Positions 37,201 to 50,258 of a stretch of 64,000 bases of DNA are shown in pieces. The DNA comes from Selaginella moellendorffii (Eukaryota; Plantae; Lycopodiophyta): positions 876,108-940,107 of the forward strand of contig NW_003314334.1 of the NCBI RefSeq assembly GCF_000143415.4, written 5' to 3'. The notes beneath the pieces are model-generated. The model made no database searches, was not told where the DNA came from, and saw only the letters and a list, made by a program, of their open reading frames with translations. Numbering within the stretch: the first letter of the stretch is position 1; every line of letters begins with the position of its first letter. Position numbers and translations under genes: made by a program.

Positions 37201-37685
37201 TGTCGCGGCTCCTGCTGGTAACTCCTCCGGAGAGGAAGCCAAAGGAGACGAGCAGGAGTAGCAGCGGCAAGAGATCGAGCGCTCGCAGCAAGTCGATGAG
37301 GAAGCTCAGCTCTGGAAGATCGTCGCAGAAGAAGCAGCTCAAGGTCTCGGCGGATGGAGAGGTGGTGACCAAGGAGAACGTCTCGGACAGGGAGCAGCGT
37401 CTCAACGGGCCGGGGCTGTTCAAGATTTCTTCGCTGGGCGACCACGATGGATTCGAGCAGGAGGCGGTAGAGCAGCAGTCGAGAGGCCAGGCACAGATCG
37501 TTGCGAGCGCAAAGGACGATGAGCAGTCGAGAGGCCAGGCACAGATCGTTGCGAGCGCAAAGGACGATGAGCAGTTGAGAGGCCAGGCACAGATCTTTGC
37601 GAGCGCAAAGGATTGTCTCGAAGGCTTGAACGATGAACAACTAGAGGAGCTGCAAGCTTCTTTGATGATCGAGAGAGCAGAGTGA
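34247..37685 (+). CDS. Alpha/beta-hydrolase triacylglycerol lipase family protein, multi-exon
   Basis: GWELQPTF..PRWME; LNTDARTC; YPYE..VTTEDGYVL; YLQHGMFDSS; GYDVFLGNFRG; nucleophile motif SHSLGG; EYAHLDFTF. Confidence 0.9.
37473..37613 (+). repeat. 48-bp coding tandem repeat x3 (EQSRGQAQIVASAKDD) in lipase tail
   Basis: Three near-identical copies of gagcagtcgagaggccaggcacagatcgttgcgagcgcaaaggacgat. Confidence 0.92.
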
Positions 37686-37900
37686 GTGATTCTTTTGTTC
37701 TTCTAGATTTTGTGTGACTTCCAAAGGAGCGATGGAATTAATTGTATTTATCATGGTCTAGTATTGACGTGCGCGGTAAATTCAAATTCAAATTTTCGAA
37801 TTCGAATTTTTAGGGTTCTTGGAGAAGGCGGGTTGACGCGAGGAGAAATGGCAATTGGAGGTTTCGGCGCGCTGTAGCTGGATTGGATTGATCGATCGGC

Positions 37901-40343
37901 ATGGCTCCGAAGAAGGGGAAGAAGCAGCACGGCAAGGGAAAGCCGGGGGTGCTCAAAGCGAAGGGGAAAGAGACGAAGAAGAAGAAGAAGGACAAGAAAT
38001 CGGGAGCGAAGAAAGATGGGAAGAAGAGCAAACTCGCGTCGGGGCTGGGGAATCTGCTCAAGGCCGGCGGCAAGAAGATGCAAGCAAAGATGAAATCGCA
38101 GGGCGCCAAGCTGGAGGAGAAGATGAAGAAGAAGGGGGTGGAGATGCAGCAGAAGATGAAAGCCAAGGGGAACGAGCTGCGCAAGAAGATGAAGGACAAG
38201 GTCCACGAGAAGTCGGAGGAGATGAAGAAGAAGATGAAAGACACAAGAGCGGGGATGAAGAAGAAGATGAGAGACAAGTCTCACGAGCTCAAGGCCAAGA
38301 TGGAGAAAGGCGGGAGGGAGATGAAAGCCAAGATGAAGGCCAAAGGGAAGGAGCTCCAGGCCGACGCGAAGAAGAAGATGCGAGAGACTGGCAAGAGGAT
38401 GAAAGAAACTGGGGAGAAGATGAAGCACTCTGGAGAGGAGCTGGAGAAAGAGATGGCGAACCTGGGCGGAGAGGCGGCGTCCGGGATCACGAACAAGCTG
38501 GTAGCCTGGCGCAAAACTTTCGAGGACAAAGGCTGGGCGATCGGCAAAGTCCAGGACGATTGGTTCTCGCTCATGCTGCTGGGACTCAACGCCTTTAGTG
38601 CGGGTTTGGCGATCCCAGTTCTCGGAGTCTCCATCTCCCTAGCTTCCGCGTTTAAAAGAGAGTGCCTGGCCTTCCTCCTCACTCCGGCCGTGACCATCGG
38701 CTTCCTCTTCAGCCTGCTGCTACTCGGGATCTCCCTGGCTGGATTCGCTGGGGTGTGGTGGAACCGTCTCGGCATCGTCAAGATCCACTTCTTCCTCACG
38801 GCCGTGCTGGTTGTCATGCTGCTGTGCTTCACCCTGTTCGGCTTCGCCGTGACTTATCGAGGTGGTGGGAAGAAGCTGCCAGGCATAGCCTTCCGGCGGT
38901 ACCTCTTCACGGACTACTCCAAGTGGCTCCAGAGGAAGCTGGTCGGGAATGGATCGCACTGGCAGGACATCCGGTCGTGCGTCGCCAAAGGGAGCTTCTG
39001 TCACAACTGGAACCTTGGCTCGGCCGAGGAGGTGTACTCCGCAAAGCTGTCCTCCACACAGGTCCCCTCTCCATCTTCTCTTTCGTTGTTGAATCGATCG
39101 TTGCTCTTCTCACGTAAACGTTGCTGCTCTTCTCACGTAAACTTTGTGCTGTTCGCAGTCTGGATGCTGCGCTCCACCATTTCCCTGTGGCTTTGCTTAC
39201 CAAGGCGGGACCAACTGGCGGCTTCCCAGCACCCCGGACGCGGACGCGGACTGCTCGGTGTGGAACGCCAACGAGCTCTGCCTCGACTGCGACTCTTGCA
39301 AGGCCGGCATCTTGCAGAACGTCAAGAGCAAGTGGTACAAGGCCTCGGTTGTCAACATCGTGGTGATTGCTGCGCTGCTTGCCATACTGTACCGGACGTG
39401 GTTCGTGATGCGCGTCAGCGGGAGGTGGGAGAGCGTCGCCCAGGAGGTAAAGCAGGCCGTCAAGCCCAAGGAGGAGGAACAGGAGCACGTCGAGCCGTCG
39501 GCGGTGATTGATATCATCCTTGAAGGCGAGGAGCACGACGAAACCGCCAAGAAGAGAGCCGCCGCTCTGGTGGAAGAGGACGAAGACACGCTGTTCCCGT
39601 CGTGGCTGGAGGAAGACACACCTGCGGATTCCATACCGAAGAGTTCGTCAGCAACAAGCTCTCAAGCGAGTTCCACCAGCAAGAGAAGCAAGAAAGGCAA
39701 AGGGAAGAAGTCACCACCATCCGAGACGTCGTCCGACGCTGGATCAAAGAAGTCTCGCAAGCAGAAAGGCAAAGGCAAAGCAACAACGGAGGACGAACAA
39801 GCGTCTGCTCAAGATGACGATTCCTGGGCAAGTCCTCGGCAGCAGGCAGACTCAGCAGTGGGAACTTTCCCGCAGGGATTTGTAGCTCAGAATCCACTGG
39901 CTGCAATGTCTCCCTGGATGCAAAGTCCACAAGCAGGATACATGCAGAGCGGGGCTCTCTACAACGATCCAAACTACATGCAAGCGGCATACCTTCAAGG
40001 CCAGATTCCTGGAAACTACACGTTCTACCAGACAGATCCATATGGACAAATGGCAGGGAACTTATACCAAGGATATCAAGATCCTCAGATGCAAATGTAT
40101 ATGCAAGATCCACAGATGCAACAGATGTACATGCAAGATCCGATGCAGGAGATGTATATGCAAGATCCTCAGATGCAGCAGATGTATATGCAAGACCCTC
40201 AGATGCAAAGTTATGGTTTTCATCAGGACCCTTACGTGCAAGACCCCAACCAAGGATACCAGTACCAAGCTTACGATCCAAGCCAGGCTTACATGCAAGA
40301 TCCAAACCAGGCATATCAAGAATGGCAGAATCCATCATATTGA
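37901..40343 (+). CDS. Tetraspanin-family protein with long Lys/Met-rich N-tail and Gln/Tyr/Met-repeat C-tail
   Basis: Four hydrophobic segments. Plant TET large-loop motifs DYSKWLQ..WQDIRSC, Q/SGCCAPPFPCGF (intron 39062-39158) and DCSVWN..LCLDCDSCKAGILQN..W. Confidence 0.85.
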
Positions 40344-40366
40344 CTAGAACGGTCTTACGTACCAGG

Positions 40367-43300
40367 TTAGATTTTTCCGGTGTACTTGAAGTTTTTCTCG
40401 TAGTCTTTCCTAATCATCGCAAGATTGCTTCTCAGAGGTCCTTCTGCTAGATCAACAGTGAGAATCTCATAACACGAATGCAAGGCGTAACCTCCAAGTG
40501 CGGCGTGGAGTTGTTGTAGATCTTGAGACGAGCTCAAGAGTGCGTACACGCCCGGTCGAAGCTCCTTGTCCACCTCCCTGAAAGGAAGTTTTGGTTTACG
40601 ATACGAAGGGAAAAGAAAGGGACTTTACCTGTCCAGGCCGGCTTCAAAAGGTCCAGCTCCTGACAAAACGGACAGATAATCGGAGAGGACGTTTATGCAG
40701 TACCTTCCCAAGGTCTCTTTCTGTTCTCCGAGCTGGATCGACGGGAAACAATGTTTCAGGCAAAAAAACATGTAAAACACGGCAAAGAAAAGTTACCTCT
40801 TCATATATTCGCCGAAGCCAACGGGCACACTGCATAGCAGTAACCGTAGTCATTGTACAAAGCTTTGATGAACTTTCCAAACAGTGTAACAGCACACGAA
40901 GAGATTCTCCCAGAAGTGCAATAGCGCGGCCGCTCTCTCTGTGAGAGGACAAAAGAGAGCGCTTTAGATGGATGCTCAAAATGATCAAATATGTTACCTT
41001 TTCCGATGTTTTAAGACTGTATATAGCAGCTTGCACGATGCAATATAAAAATGCAAGACGACCTCAGCGTCCACATTGCCATCCTCAATCTTGAAGCGGG
41101 GATTCCTGTGCTTGGTGTAGCTTGGGAGCTTGAACTGATATACTGGCTTTAAAATACCCACGGGACTGTGCAGAGCAAGAGCAACGTGAGTGGCTTTCAT
41201 ACAGAAAATGACTTCGCGGGAAGCGATCCTTGTTATGATGTCCAGGCTCTGGAGAAGGACGGAGGAGGAGGCGACTGTAGCTGGCCTCTCTTCCTGCCGT
41301 TTTTTCTTATAAAACACAGCTGGTCCTTGAAGATGCGTGATTAGATTCACTAGCTCGGCGATGAATCTCGGTGAGTACTTTGCAAGGACTTTTAAACGTC
41401 GTGGACCTGTAAAACAAAAAGACGATCATAGAGGTCACGATGGAAAAATAAAACAGCAACTTACCTGAAACAGCGTCCAGAGCGACTGCGAGGCACTCCA
41501 CACAAGCCGCAGTTACAACTCCAACTCTTCCATCGTCAGAGTCACCGAGTCTCAAAGCGGAGCTGAACTTGGAAACGTCAGAGCTTCCACAAAGTGCCTT
41601 CTGTATAGTCTGAAACGCAAGAAGAAGCTGCGGCACTGGTGCGAACTTGATGAGCGCACAAAACGAATCCCTGATCGCAGCACCCAAGTCTCCGTAGAAA
41701 CGGCCAAAGTCGACATGCAGCTCTCTGCCGGCTCTTATTTCAGACGACTGCAGCCATATAACAGCTCCCAGGAGATCAATATGCAGCTTCAAAAGTCTCA
41801 GGTACTCTGCTCGAGCTACCGGAGGTTGAAGCGAAGGTAGAACAAGCCCGAGTGACTCCATGCACTTGACTGCTCCGAAAATCCAGAAGAAACACGTACG
41901 CTTGGCGGGCGCAGCGTGATACATAAGGGACGTTGCCTCGGTGAGAAGTGAATAGACAACTTCCAGCACTGCACTGACTGTCGAAGGAGCCACCGTCTTA
42001 CCGATAGAAGACGCTTTCAAAGCATACGGCGAAAAGTGTAGACTTCTCAGCTTCACCAAGGCAGCCATGGCCATCAAGAGCTCCCCAACGATTTCCGATC
42101 GTTCTCGTTGCAAGCCGCTGTCGAACAGCCAGCTTAGAGCAGCTTTCTGCGATTCGTCCAGTGGATGTAGCTGAGATGTCTCGTCCGCTCGAACGTTCAC
42201 TTCCTCCATGTCAATGTCTTGAGCCGGTTCTACTTTTCGATCCTCGTCGTCGCTCGAAGTTTCAGACTTTCCTTCGTCTTCTTGCTCTTCTTTTTCACTG
42301 TCGCTTTCATCGGTGCTCTCATCGTCCTCCTGGTCCTCCAGTAGTGTCTCAACTTTCAGGGCCTTCACATCGATGTTTTTCGAGTCCAGAAACACGTCTA
42401 GAATACTGCTCTGCCGTGACTCTGTACCCCGGGCTTCTGCAATACGTCCCAGTAGAATGGTAACAACCTTTTGCTCAATACTTCTGAGAGACGACACCCA
42501 AGGAATCGTTGTCAGCCATCGTAACTCTCTGCTTTTGTCTTCTTGACATTTTCTGTCCAGGAGCCCGAGAGTTTCAGCAGCTGTCCACAAAATACTCCTT
42601 GCGAAAGATATCGATCCAAGAAAGCTGTAGCTTTGCAGCTCATTGTCATCTGCGTCCCAGGCACTGTCGGCTTGCTGTATACATTTGAACAGGAACTTAG
42701 TGTCGTCGTCCCTGTCAACTGATTCCGCCCGTGCTTCGGACCGCTTGACAAGGAGGCAGCTCGATTCCAACGCGAAGATCTGGTTCAAAATATGCTGGAT
42801 GTATGACTGCGTACTCTTGACAGCGGAAGCCAGCGAGCCAGCGATGGATTCAGCCACAAAAGCACTCCTTTCTTTCAGCTTCATTGCGCAATCTGAGGCC
42901 ATGTTGATGGATCGATATAGCCAGCTGAAAAGGTCCATATCGAATCCCGGAACGTCGCTACCGATCTGTTTGCTGCGGGTAATCGCGAATGCTTTTGTTG
43001 TCTGTCTGCAGACGGCAAAAAGTTCAAATATCTTGACACCTGAGATTTCTGATCTGTTCTTGATAATTGCAGCCAACATACTTAAGGCGAGTCTAAGAAA
43101 AAAAAAACATGTTCTTATAAGCAAAACAAAGAAAAAATGCGGTACCTTTCGACATAGCAAACCGAGAAAATGCACTGCATTGTATCCAGCTCCTTCTTTT
43201 GTCCCCAAGGAAAGGAAGCAATAAGCTGGAAAAGACCAATGCATGTTTCTAACGTTGAATCCGGCAACAGCTGGATGTTCAAGGTTGACGACTCAAAGCC

Positions 43301-46300
43301 TGTAAAAGAAGGCTTCTTGAACTTCTTGAATTCTATTTCCAGATGCAGAAGTTTCCGTAGAGCCTTCCAAGCAGCTGGTAGAAGAGCAGTTTGGACCCTC
43401 TGCAAAAAGAAATGTCTAAACGTTAGAAACCATCAAACTAGAAGATAAACACCACCTGGTTCTCACAAAATAGAAGATTATGAAGAAGCTCACGAGTAAT
43501 GGGACGTTGAGCGAATGCTGGAGGTTCAGGCCTCCAAGTGATCAAGGCGTAACTAAGGCAGCTCGTAAGACATTTCCTGGAAGCATATCTTGACCAAAGG
43601 TCTATTGTACGAGAAATGAGTTGCCATCTTGCCGAAGGCATGCTTTCCTCCGTTAGCATCACCACAACTCCATTCCAAGACGTGATCACCGTCTCACCAA
43701 TCTCCTTGAGTGAGCACGAGGTGCCACCATCAAGGAGTAAAACGACCAAGTCTTTCGCTTCGGCCTTGAAATCCAGTAGCAACTGACGGACATCACCTTC
43801 TGACGATGACTTTCCGTTCTGATAATCCACACTGTCGAGCGAGTGCAAAACTGGATCTTCAACAGAAGAGGAGGTAAGTTTCGCTTCGAAATACTCAACG
43901 GACTGGATATACCTTTGCAAGTCACTCAGGCGCTGAATTGCAAGGAGATCCATCAAATAGTATAACGATGGAAATGACGTCTTCTGCGTCACTAGAAGAA
44001 GTCCGTTGATAAGAGCGGTAACGCTAGTTGCCTGTCCAATCCACGAGAAAGTGGACAAGTCCTGCGGTTCCAAAGCTATCTCCATCCAGTCGATTTCTAA
44101 CGAGTCCAAGTGTAGCTCGTGCGCTGCTTCAGCCGCTTTCCCGGCCTTGAGAGGGGCCATAAGTGAGATACACTGTCGGTGCAGCATCCGGCATATTAAG
44201 TATAGCCGAAGAAGAAAGAAAGCCTTCAACCCTGCCCATTCTGCAAGTTTCTTCACTTTTCCTTTCGAGATCTTGACCAGAAGATCGGAAAGTGGCACTG
44301 CTACAACTGAGGTGACAAGATGCCTCACGTTGACCCCTACTTGGTAAGCATTTGTTGATGTAACGTTGAGATTTTCCAAAATCTGTGCATGAAGTTCCCC
44401 TGAGGCCATCACCACTGCTTCGACAACCACGTCGGTACTGTTGATCATTCGAAGCGTTTCCAAAGCGTCCCTTGACACCATGTTCACGACTTCAGGAGCT
44501 TGAGCTTCGGGCATGTTCTCGATCATCTTCCGTAGTGCATTTAGAAGTAAAGGATCGCAAAAGAAGCTTTTAAGACCCTGCGCGAACAAAGAGGGCGACA
44601 GAAACTGCAAGCCTTCGTCTGGTCCCAGTGATTTCACGGAAGAAAAGAGCACCGGTAAAGCACCTGAAATTCAAGAGCTAGTTAAGAAGCAGTTTTGAAT
44701 TTGTCCGAAAGACTCACCGAGATCTCGAAGCTCACTCGAAATTCTCAGCATTTGGCATCCAACCGCGATCACGTCTGCAACTTCGCTAGTTTCTATAACC
44801 GTTGCTGACAGTAGAATGCGCCAGAAGTCCTCCACGCCACCTTCAGCCGCTCGATGATCTATATCCAAGACAACGCCTATGCCACGAACTATTTCCCCGT
44901 AGCCAGCTGCTATCAATCCCGTCATCCCGCTATCGTTTACAGCTGAAAGTGACTTTGCGTAATCCACAAGCACCCCGTAGTATCGCTTGATAAACTTAAA
45001 GTGGCCATTTGTCGGCGTGTCTCTCGTTGGAACATACACAACCTGTTCCTTCACAACGCGAAACAAGCTACTTGTCGCAGACACCAAACTTGTCTTCCCG
45101 GAAACCTCTTTCTCGTCGATAAGTTGCTGGATCAGAGGCAGCGAAAGCTCTACAAAGACCAGAAACTGCAGCTGGTTGTCAGTGAGACGCACACTCTTGG
45201 ACTCGCCGTCTTCACCACCCTGTTGATTTTCCTTTTCCTCAGATCCTTCTTGCTGTCCCACCCCTCGTACCCCGAATACATCCGACTTGATGGATGCCCT
45301 GTGACCCTTAAAGCTTTGTGCGAACAGCCTCAGCAATTCCCCGAGCGATGCCAGCGCTGTGAAAGACCTTTCCTGTCCCAGCTCTTTCAGTTTCTCGAAC
45401 AGAAGCTTGTGACTGGTTGTGGTTTCCATTTCCTGCGCGCTGGAATCGTTGAGCCACTTAGCAGCAGCAGTGGATGCCTCTGGGAACCCCTCTATAGGAA
45501 CTGTGTGAAAAAGCCCGTAGTCCAAAACTCTGGCTATCGCCGTGCGTAGCAACTCCACCGCGTCACAGCCTTTTCTCTCGTAGATCAAAACCCCCGTCAA
45601 CTTAAGCAGCGGACACAAGAGCTTCTCGACTATCGCTTGGAATGCCGCCTTGGGATTCGCCTGAGTCGTGAGAAACTTCCCGAATCCATCTGCTATCAAT
45701 GCCCCGGTCTCCAGCATAGATCTTTCGGGTTCGCTACGCAGCAAAGCCTCGAAGAACGACGAAGCAAACAGGGTCCAATCTAGAAGCTGTGGCCGGAAAC
45801 TCCTGTCATAAGTGTGTAGCAAGAGCTTCAAAATCTCGATCACCGAAACGACCACCACCTCGAGCTCTTCACTCTCATTGCCATCCAGAAGAAGTTCTCC
45901 CTCTCTTCTCCTCATACCCTTCGTTGTGAGAACTAAATCTATTCCCTTGAGAATACCTGGATAGACGTGAAGGTTTCCCTGGCTCGACAAGCACCAGTGC
46001 AAGATAGCCCAGGAACGAGCGTCGGTAGTCACATTTCCCCCTTTGTCCTTGGATCCTGGCTTCGCACTGGAAATAATCTCTGATTGAATCCATCCCGCCA
46101 GGAACGACACAAACTGCGGCATCGGCACTCCTCTCGAGAGCGATCCCTTCTTCTGGCATTCCACGAACTGGAATGCCTGATCAAGCTTGCTGCAAAGGAG
46201 ACACGATCGTGAGCAAGAACACGGAGAAAATCGAGAGCACGCAGAGAGACCTGGAATTTGGCGCGCTGGACAGCCGCAGCAATCGCATGAGCTCCACATT

Positions 46301-46387
46301 GGAAACCTCCAAATCCTGGCCCTGAAGCTTGGGCTTCTTCACGGCGCCGGCGCCGCTCGTCGACGCCGACGACGTCCTCTTCCCCAT
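40367..46387 (-). CDS. URB2: URB2/Npa2 nucleolar pre-ribosomal-associated protein, multi-exon
   Basis: Large helical protein across ORFs 44671-46299, 43438-44652 and 41307-43244. C-terminus LRPGVYALL..DLQQLHAALG..DYEKNFKYTGKI is typical of Urb2. Confidence 0.85.
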
Positions 46388-46958
46388 CACGAAGAACCCT
46401 AAACCTTACCAAACAAACTAAATTCCCATTTCGAATCCATAACATTGACTAAATAATATCTATCATAGCAAAAATTATGTTTACTACTAATATCTTCCAA
46501 GCTTGAGCATTGCTGGTTCTCTCACAAACAAAAGTTGGCGATGATATATACTTTGTAGATATGAACGTGGAAACAAAGGCTGTTCCGAAATCGATATCAT
46601 ACGAAAACAATGAGCATGAAATATACTAAGCTGTTTCAAAAGACACATCCATCCACGAAAGTGGTCGCAAAGTTATTTAGAATCTAAAGCTTTAAGAAGT
46701 AATGAACAAAACTTTCTACGGATCAACCAATCCCATGTTTCTCTTTTTCCTAGGCAAGACCACTCTCGTTTTTGTGAAAGATGGGCCGCCTTGTCCTAGA
46801 TCGCTGCTGCTTGCATTTGCTTTGCTCCTGCAGCAGTCGTCGGTCTTCCTTCTCGCAGCATTTCATTGTTATTGCACAGAATCAGATATTAATTTAAAAA
46901 GTCATCTAAAACAATGTATTATTATTATTATCGAAATCTCTGAGGCATGACAATTTGG

Positions 46959-47634
46959 CTACACGGGGCCAGCAGCATGGAGAATCCTCTGCGCCGCCTT
47001 GTTGTAGCAGACATAGTAAGCCATGGAAGCTATCGCGGTGAGAAAAGCGAAAGCCGCACCGATCCCAAATATCTCTTGCCGGGCAGCCTTACAGTCGTGG
47101 AATGAAGTGCGTTTCACTTTTTTCATCGATAAATTTACTCGCGAAGAACCCACAAGAATGAAGATCTCCGCGAAGAGAAACATCGTCCTGGCAGTGAGAA
47201 AACAACGCTTTTAGGTGAGCTCGAGATCATAAACGAAGAACACTTTTTACCATGAGAAGATACAAAGGATGATAGTGCAAATGTTTGCAACCTTTGCCTT
47301 GGGAGGGCACGGGCAGCACCTACATTTGGTGGAAAGAAGTAAAAAGAGCTGCCCGGCTGCGAGAAAAATCGCGGAGGCGGCTCCAAGAGTCGTGGCCCGG
47401 TGAAACTCACAGGTGAAAGTCTGGGCATTTCCGCTAACTCTTTGAGCAGTGGCCTATATCCATCCAAGAACATAGCAACATTTGCAAGTGATCTTAGAGA
47501 ATTCTTGGTATAAACTCTCCAGAGTTGCAGCTTACGTGAGTGATTCGAAACGCCGCTGCTACTGCGAGTGCGAACGATACAGAGTGCAAGATGAAAGCTA
47601 ACGAGACGATCTGGGGGGACTTTCTCATCGCCAT
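46959..47634 (-). CDS. DUF1218 family membrane protein (MWL/Fb34-like), 3 exons
   Basis: VSFALAVAAAFR / TFTCEFHRATTLGAASAIFLAAGQL..KCRCC..IFSW / FLFAEIFILVG..DCKAARQEIFGIGAAFAFLTAIASMAYY. Confidence 0.8.
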
Positions 47635-47886
47635 AAGCACCAAAAACTTCGAGATCTCGCACCAGAAACTTTGAAATCTCGCGAAAAAATACGAAGACTG
47701 GCCTCGCGGTGTGTTTAAAAGGAGCAAGCCGGGCGGCAGTGGACTCTAAAGGTAAAGTGGCATCCATTATTATGCTTTAACTTCTACGGAGGAGCCGACT
47801 CATTGTCCCACAGGATCATACGCATCTTCAATCATATCAATCTAAGTCATAGAGGAAATGACTTAGATTCAAAAGGCTTAAATGGC

Positions 47887-48075
47887 TTATTCAGTGATGG
47901 TTGCAAGCGTAGGGCACAGCACCACCAGATGCAGGTTATGCTCCTTGGCCAGATCCCAAGCTAATTTCTCAAACTCGGTCTTAGCCAGTTGGTAGCATAC
48001 CAGATTCAAAGTAACGAAAACGAAGAAGATAATTGTGTCAACTAGGATTTCACCTTGTTCTCTGGCATATACTGC
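47887..48075 (-). pseudogene. Isolated fragment of a cinnamoyl-CoA reductase/DFR-like SDR gene
   Basis: CYQLAKTEFEKLAWDLAKEHNLHLVVLCPTL matches the YxxxK segment of CCR/DFR-like enzymes. No flanking exons were found. Confidence 0.6.
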
Positions 48076-48274
48076 AAGATATATTGTCAATAAGATGCTT
48101 AGCTCAACAATGCAATCTCTTGGGCACAAGTGGACTATAAACAAAACTATATATAAGAAAGCTCAAATGAATAACTCCTTATATATCATCCAACTGCATA
48201 AAGTTTTTCTGGGAATCTTAACTATACATTTTCAAATGTAAACAAAGTTAAGATACATGGCTCTGTCATATGTT

Positions 48275-50223
48275 TCAGCACCAACACTTGTGTATGGTTT
48301 GCTGTACTTGTGTTGACAGTGCCTTTACCGGTAGCTCTGCAAGTCCTAAAAGTGAGGAGGCCATCCGTAGCACTGCAACAAAGTCGAAGCCCACAGCCTC
48401 ATCGCTGGGATGAGAAACCACAAACGCGAGCCAAGCCTGCAGCGCTGGGCTCACAATGCCGGAGCTGGCAAGTTCATCATCAACTCTAAAACCTTGGCGC
48501 AATTCCCGACACGCCTGGACTTCTCCTCTCAGGGCGGCCCCTTCCCAAGGCAAACACTCGCCGGCCATGTCCAAACACACGTAGGCAACCGACACTAGCT
48601 CCGACATGAGGCCTGGCATTCTTCCCTCGAGCACCTCCCAAGAACTGTAGAGCAAATTGACTGCTGTTTCGTGCTGCTCTTGCTGCTTCAAATCCACGGC
48701 ACAGCCAAAATCATACAAGTAGAAACGAGTGCCACCTTCTCGTGTGTGCTGGACACCGATGTTCGAGGGGTTTATATCAGCGTGAGCAATGCCTTGGCTC
48801 TGCAAAAGCACCAGCGATCAGCTCTCGGCACAGATGGCATGGTAAGCTTACATGGAGAACGAGGACGGACTCTGTCAAATCCTTGCACAGCCGCTCTACA
48901 ACTCGCGCTTCCAGCGGACGCGTTGTGTAAGTGACTGCAAACGACTCTCCGTCCAGCTCCGTCAGCAGAACAGGCATTTGGTTCCAAAAGCCAGAGAAAA
49001 CGACGCGCGGGAACAAGTCGCTATGCTCGTTGAGACGCTGGAGAATCCTTGCGTCATTCTCTAGCTGAAAGGTTTAGAGTCGTGAATATAAAGACGAAGA
49101 GCTCCATGTGTATTACCTGATCCCAAAGTCGAGAGTGGAGGCAAAGCTGCGTGATTTGCTTCTTGGTGTCCATCGAGTGGCCGATTTTCATGAGGAGAAG
49201 CTGGCCTGTGGCCTCGTCCATCACTTTAAAGACCGAATTGGATACGCTCGACGTACTAAACTGGTGCAGTACCCGAAGCCGTAGATCGTGCTTGCCGCCG
49301 GTGGCTATGGTTATAAGCTGGCCGGGTTCGTAAGACATGGGTCGTATGCTCATCACGTTACCCAGCCAAGATAAGAACCCAAGCTCCTGAAAATACTATT
49401 AGTGAGATTTATAGAAGAACACGAACACAAACCAGTAAGGGAGAATCGTTGGCGTCGCCAAAGAGAAAGGGCTTAGATTGTAGGAGCTGGCCATGTCGGA
49501 CAACCACACAAACAAAGCGGTCCCTCTGCAGGATCACGGCTGGAAAACTTTCTTTGGTGTTTGAAGTTACGAACTCCAGTTTCCTGCAGAGGAGAGTTGT
49601 AAGTTTTGAGTTTTGTACAAAAGGATTCAAAAGGATACAAACCCAGCAGAGATTTCATCCCTGTGATCGAACAGCCTCACACCAAAGCAAGCCTCGAAGT
49701 CTCCAACCAGCTCCTGAAACTGACCCTGATCGCTGCAGGTGTGAATGCGTGTAATCGCGGACACCATGGCCCTGCACTGCTCGTCCAGAGTGCTGGACTT
49801 GTTAGTAAACCGCAGGAACGCCGTGGCGGAAACGTGATCCAAGTGTAGCAAGCCCTTGAACACGGGAAACATGCTGTGCAGCCGATCAAACTCGAGAATA
49901 CCACAACTGGTCTTTTGCCTTTTGTAAGATTCGGGAGCGGCCACGCGGAAATAATACTTGCGACAAGGCTCCAACGCCTGCTGAGCGTTCTGAGCCCGTA
50001 TTTTCATCCAGTGGTTCTTCCCGGTGAGAAACCAGAAGACACTGCCTGGAGGGAGCCTCTCACCAGCCCGATGCTTGATCCTTTCAACAGCTTCACCCAA
50101 AGTGCTGCCCGGCGCCACCTGAATCGAATCCACGCCTGGGTGAGCAAGTACAGCCTCAGGCGTTGGCGCCAAGCCCGCGCCTGGCTCCCTCTCCACCTTA
50201 CAGAACACTACATTACCCTCCAT
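48275..50223 (-). CDS. Atypical protein kinase (CK1/FunK1-like) fused to an unknown N-terminal header region; 5 exons, apparently intact
   Basis: Spliced: VFKV..LLLMKIG; ENDARILQRL; FPRVVFSG..VLLTELDGES; LH/SQGIAHADINPSNI; LYDFGCA; YSSWEVLEG..SELVSVAYV..LPWEG. All junctions are GT..AG and in frame by eye. Confidence 0.75.
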
Positions 50224-50258
50224 CTATCTCAAAAAAACCCTAGCGCCGGCTCAAAAAG

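Noticed and set aside
36359-38832. Overlapping and antisense ORFs over the lipase last exon and tetraspanin N-tail
   Set aside because: Products of high GC3 and low-complexity repeats.
40070-40320. Regularly spaced CAAGATCC repeats, considered as CRISPR-like
   Set aside because: They are in-frame coding repeats (QDPQM) in a eukaryotic gene, with no unique spacers and no cas genes.
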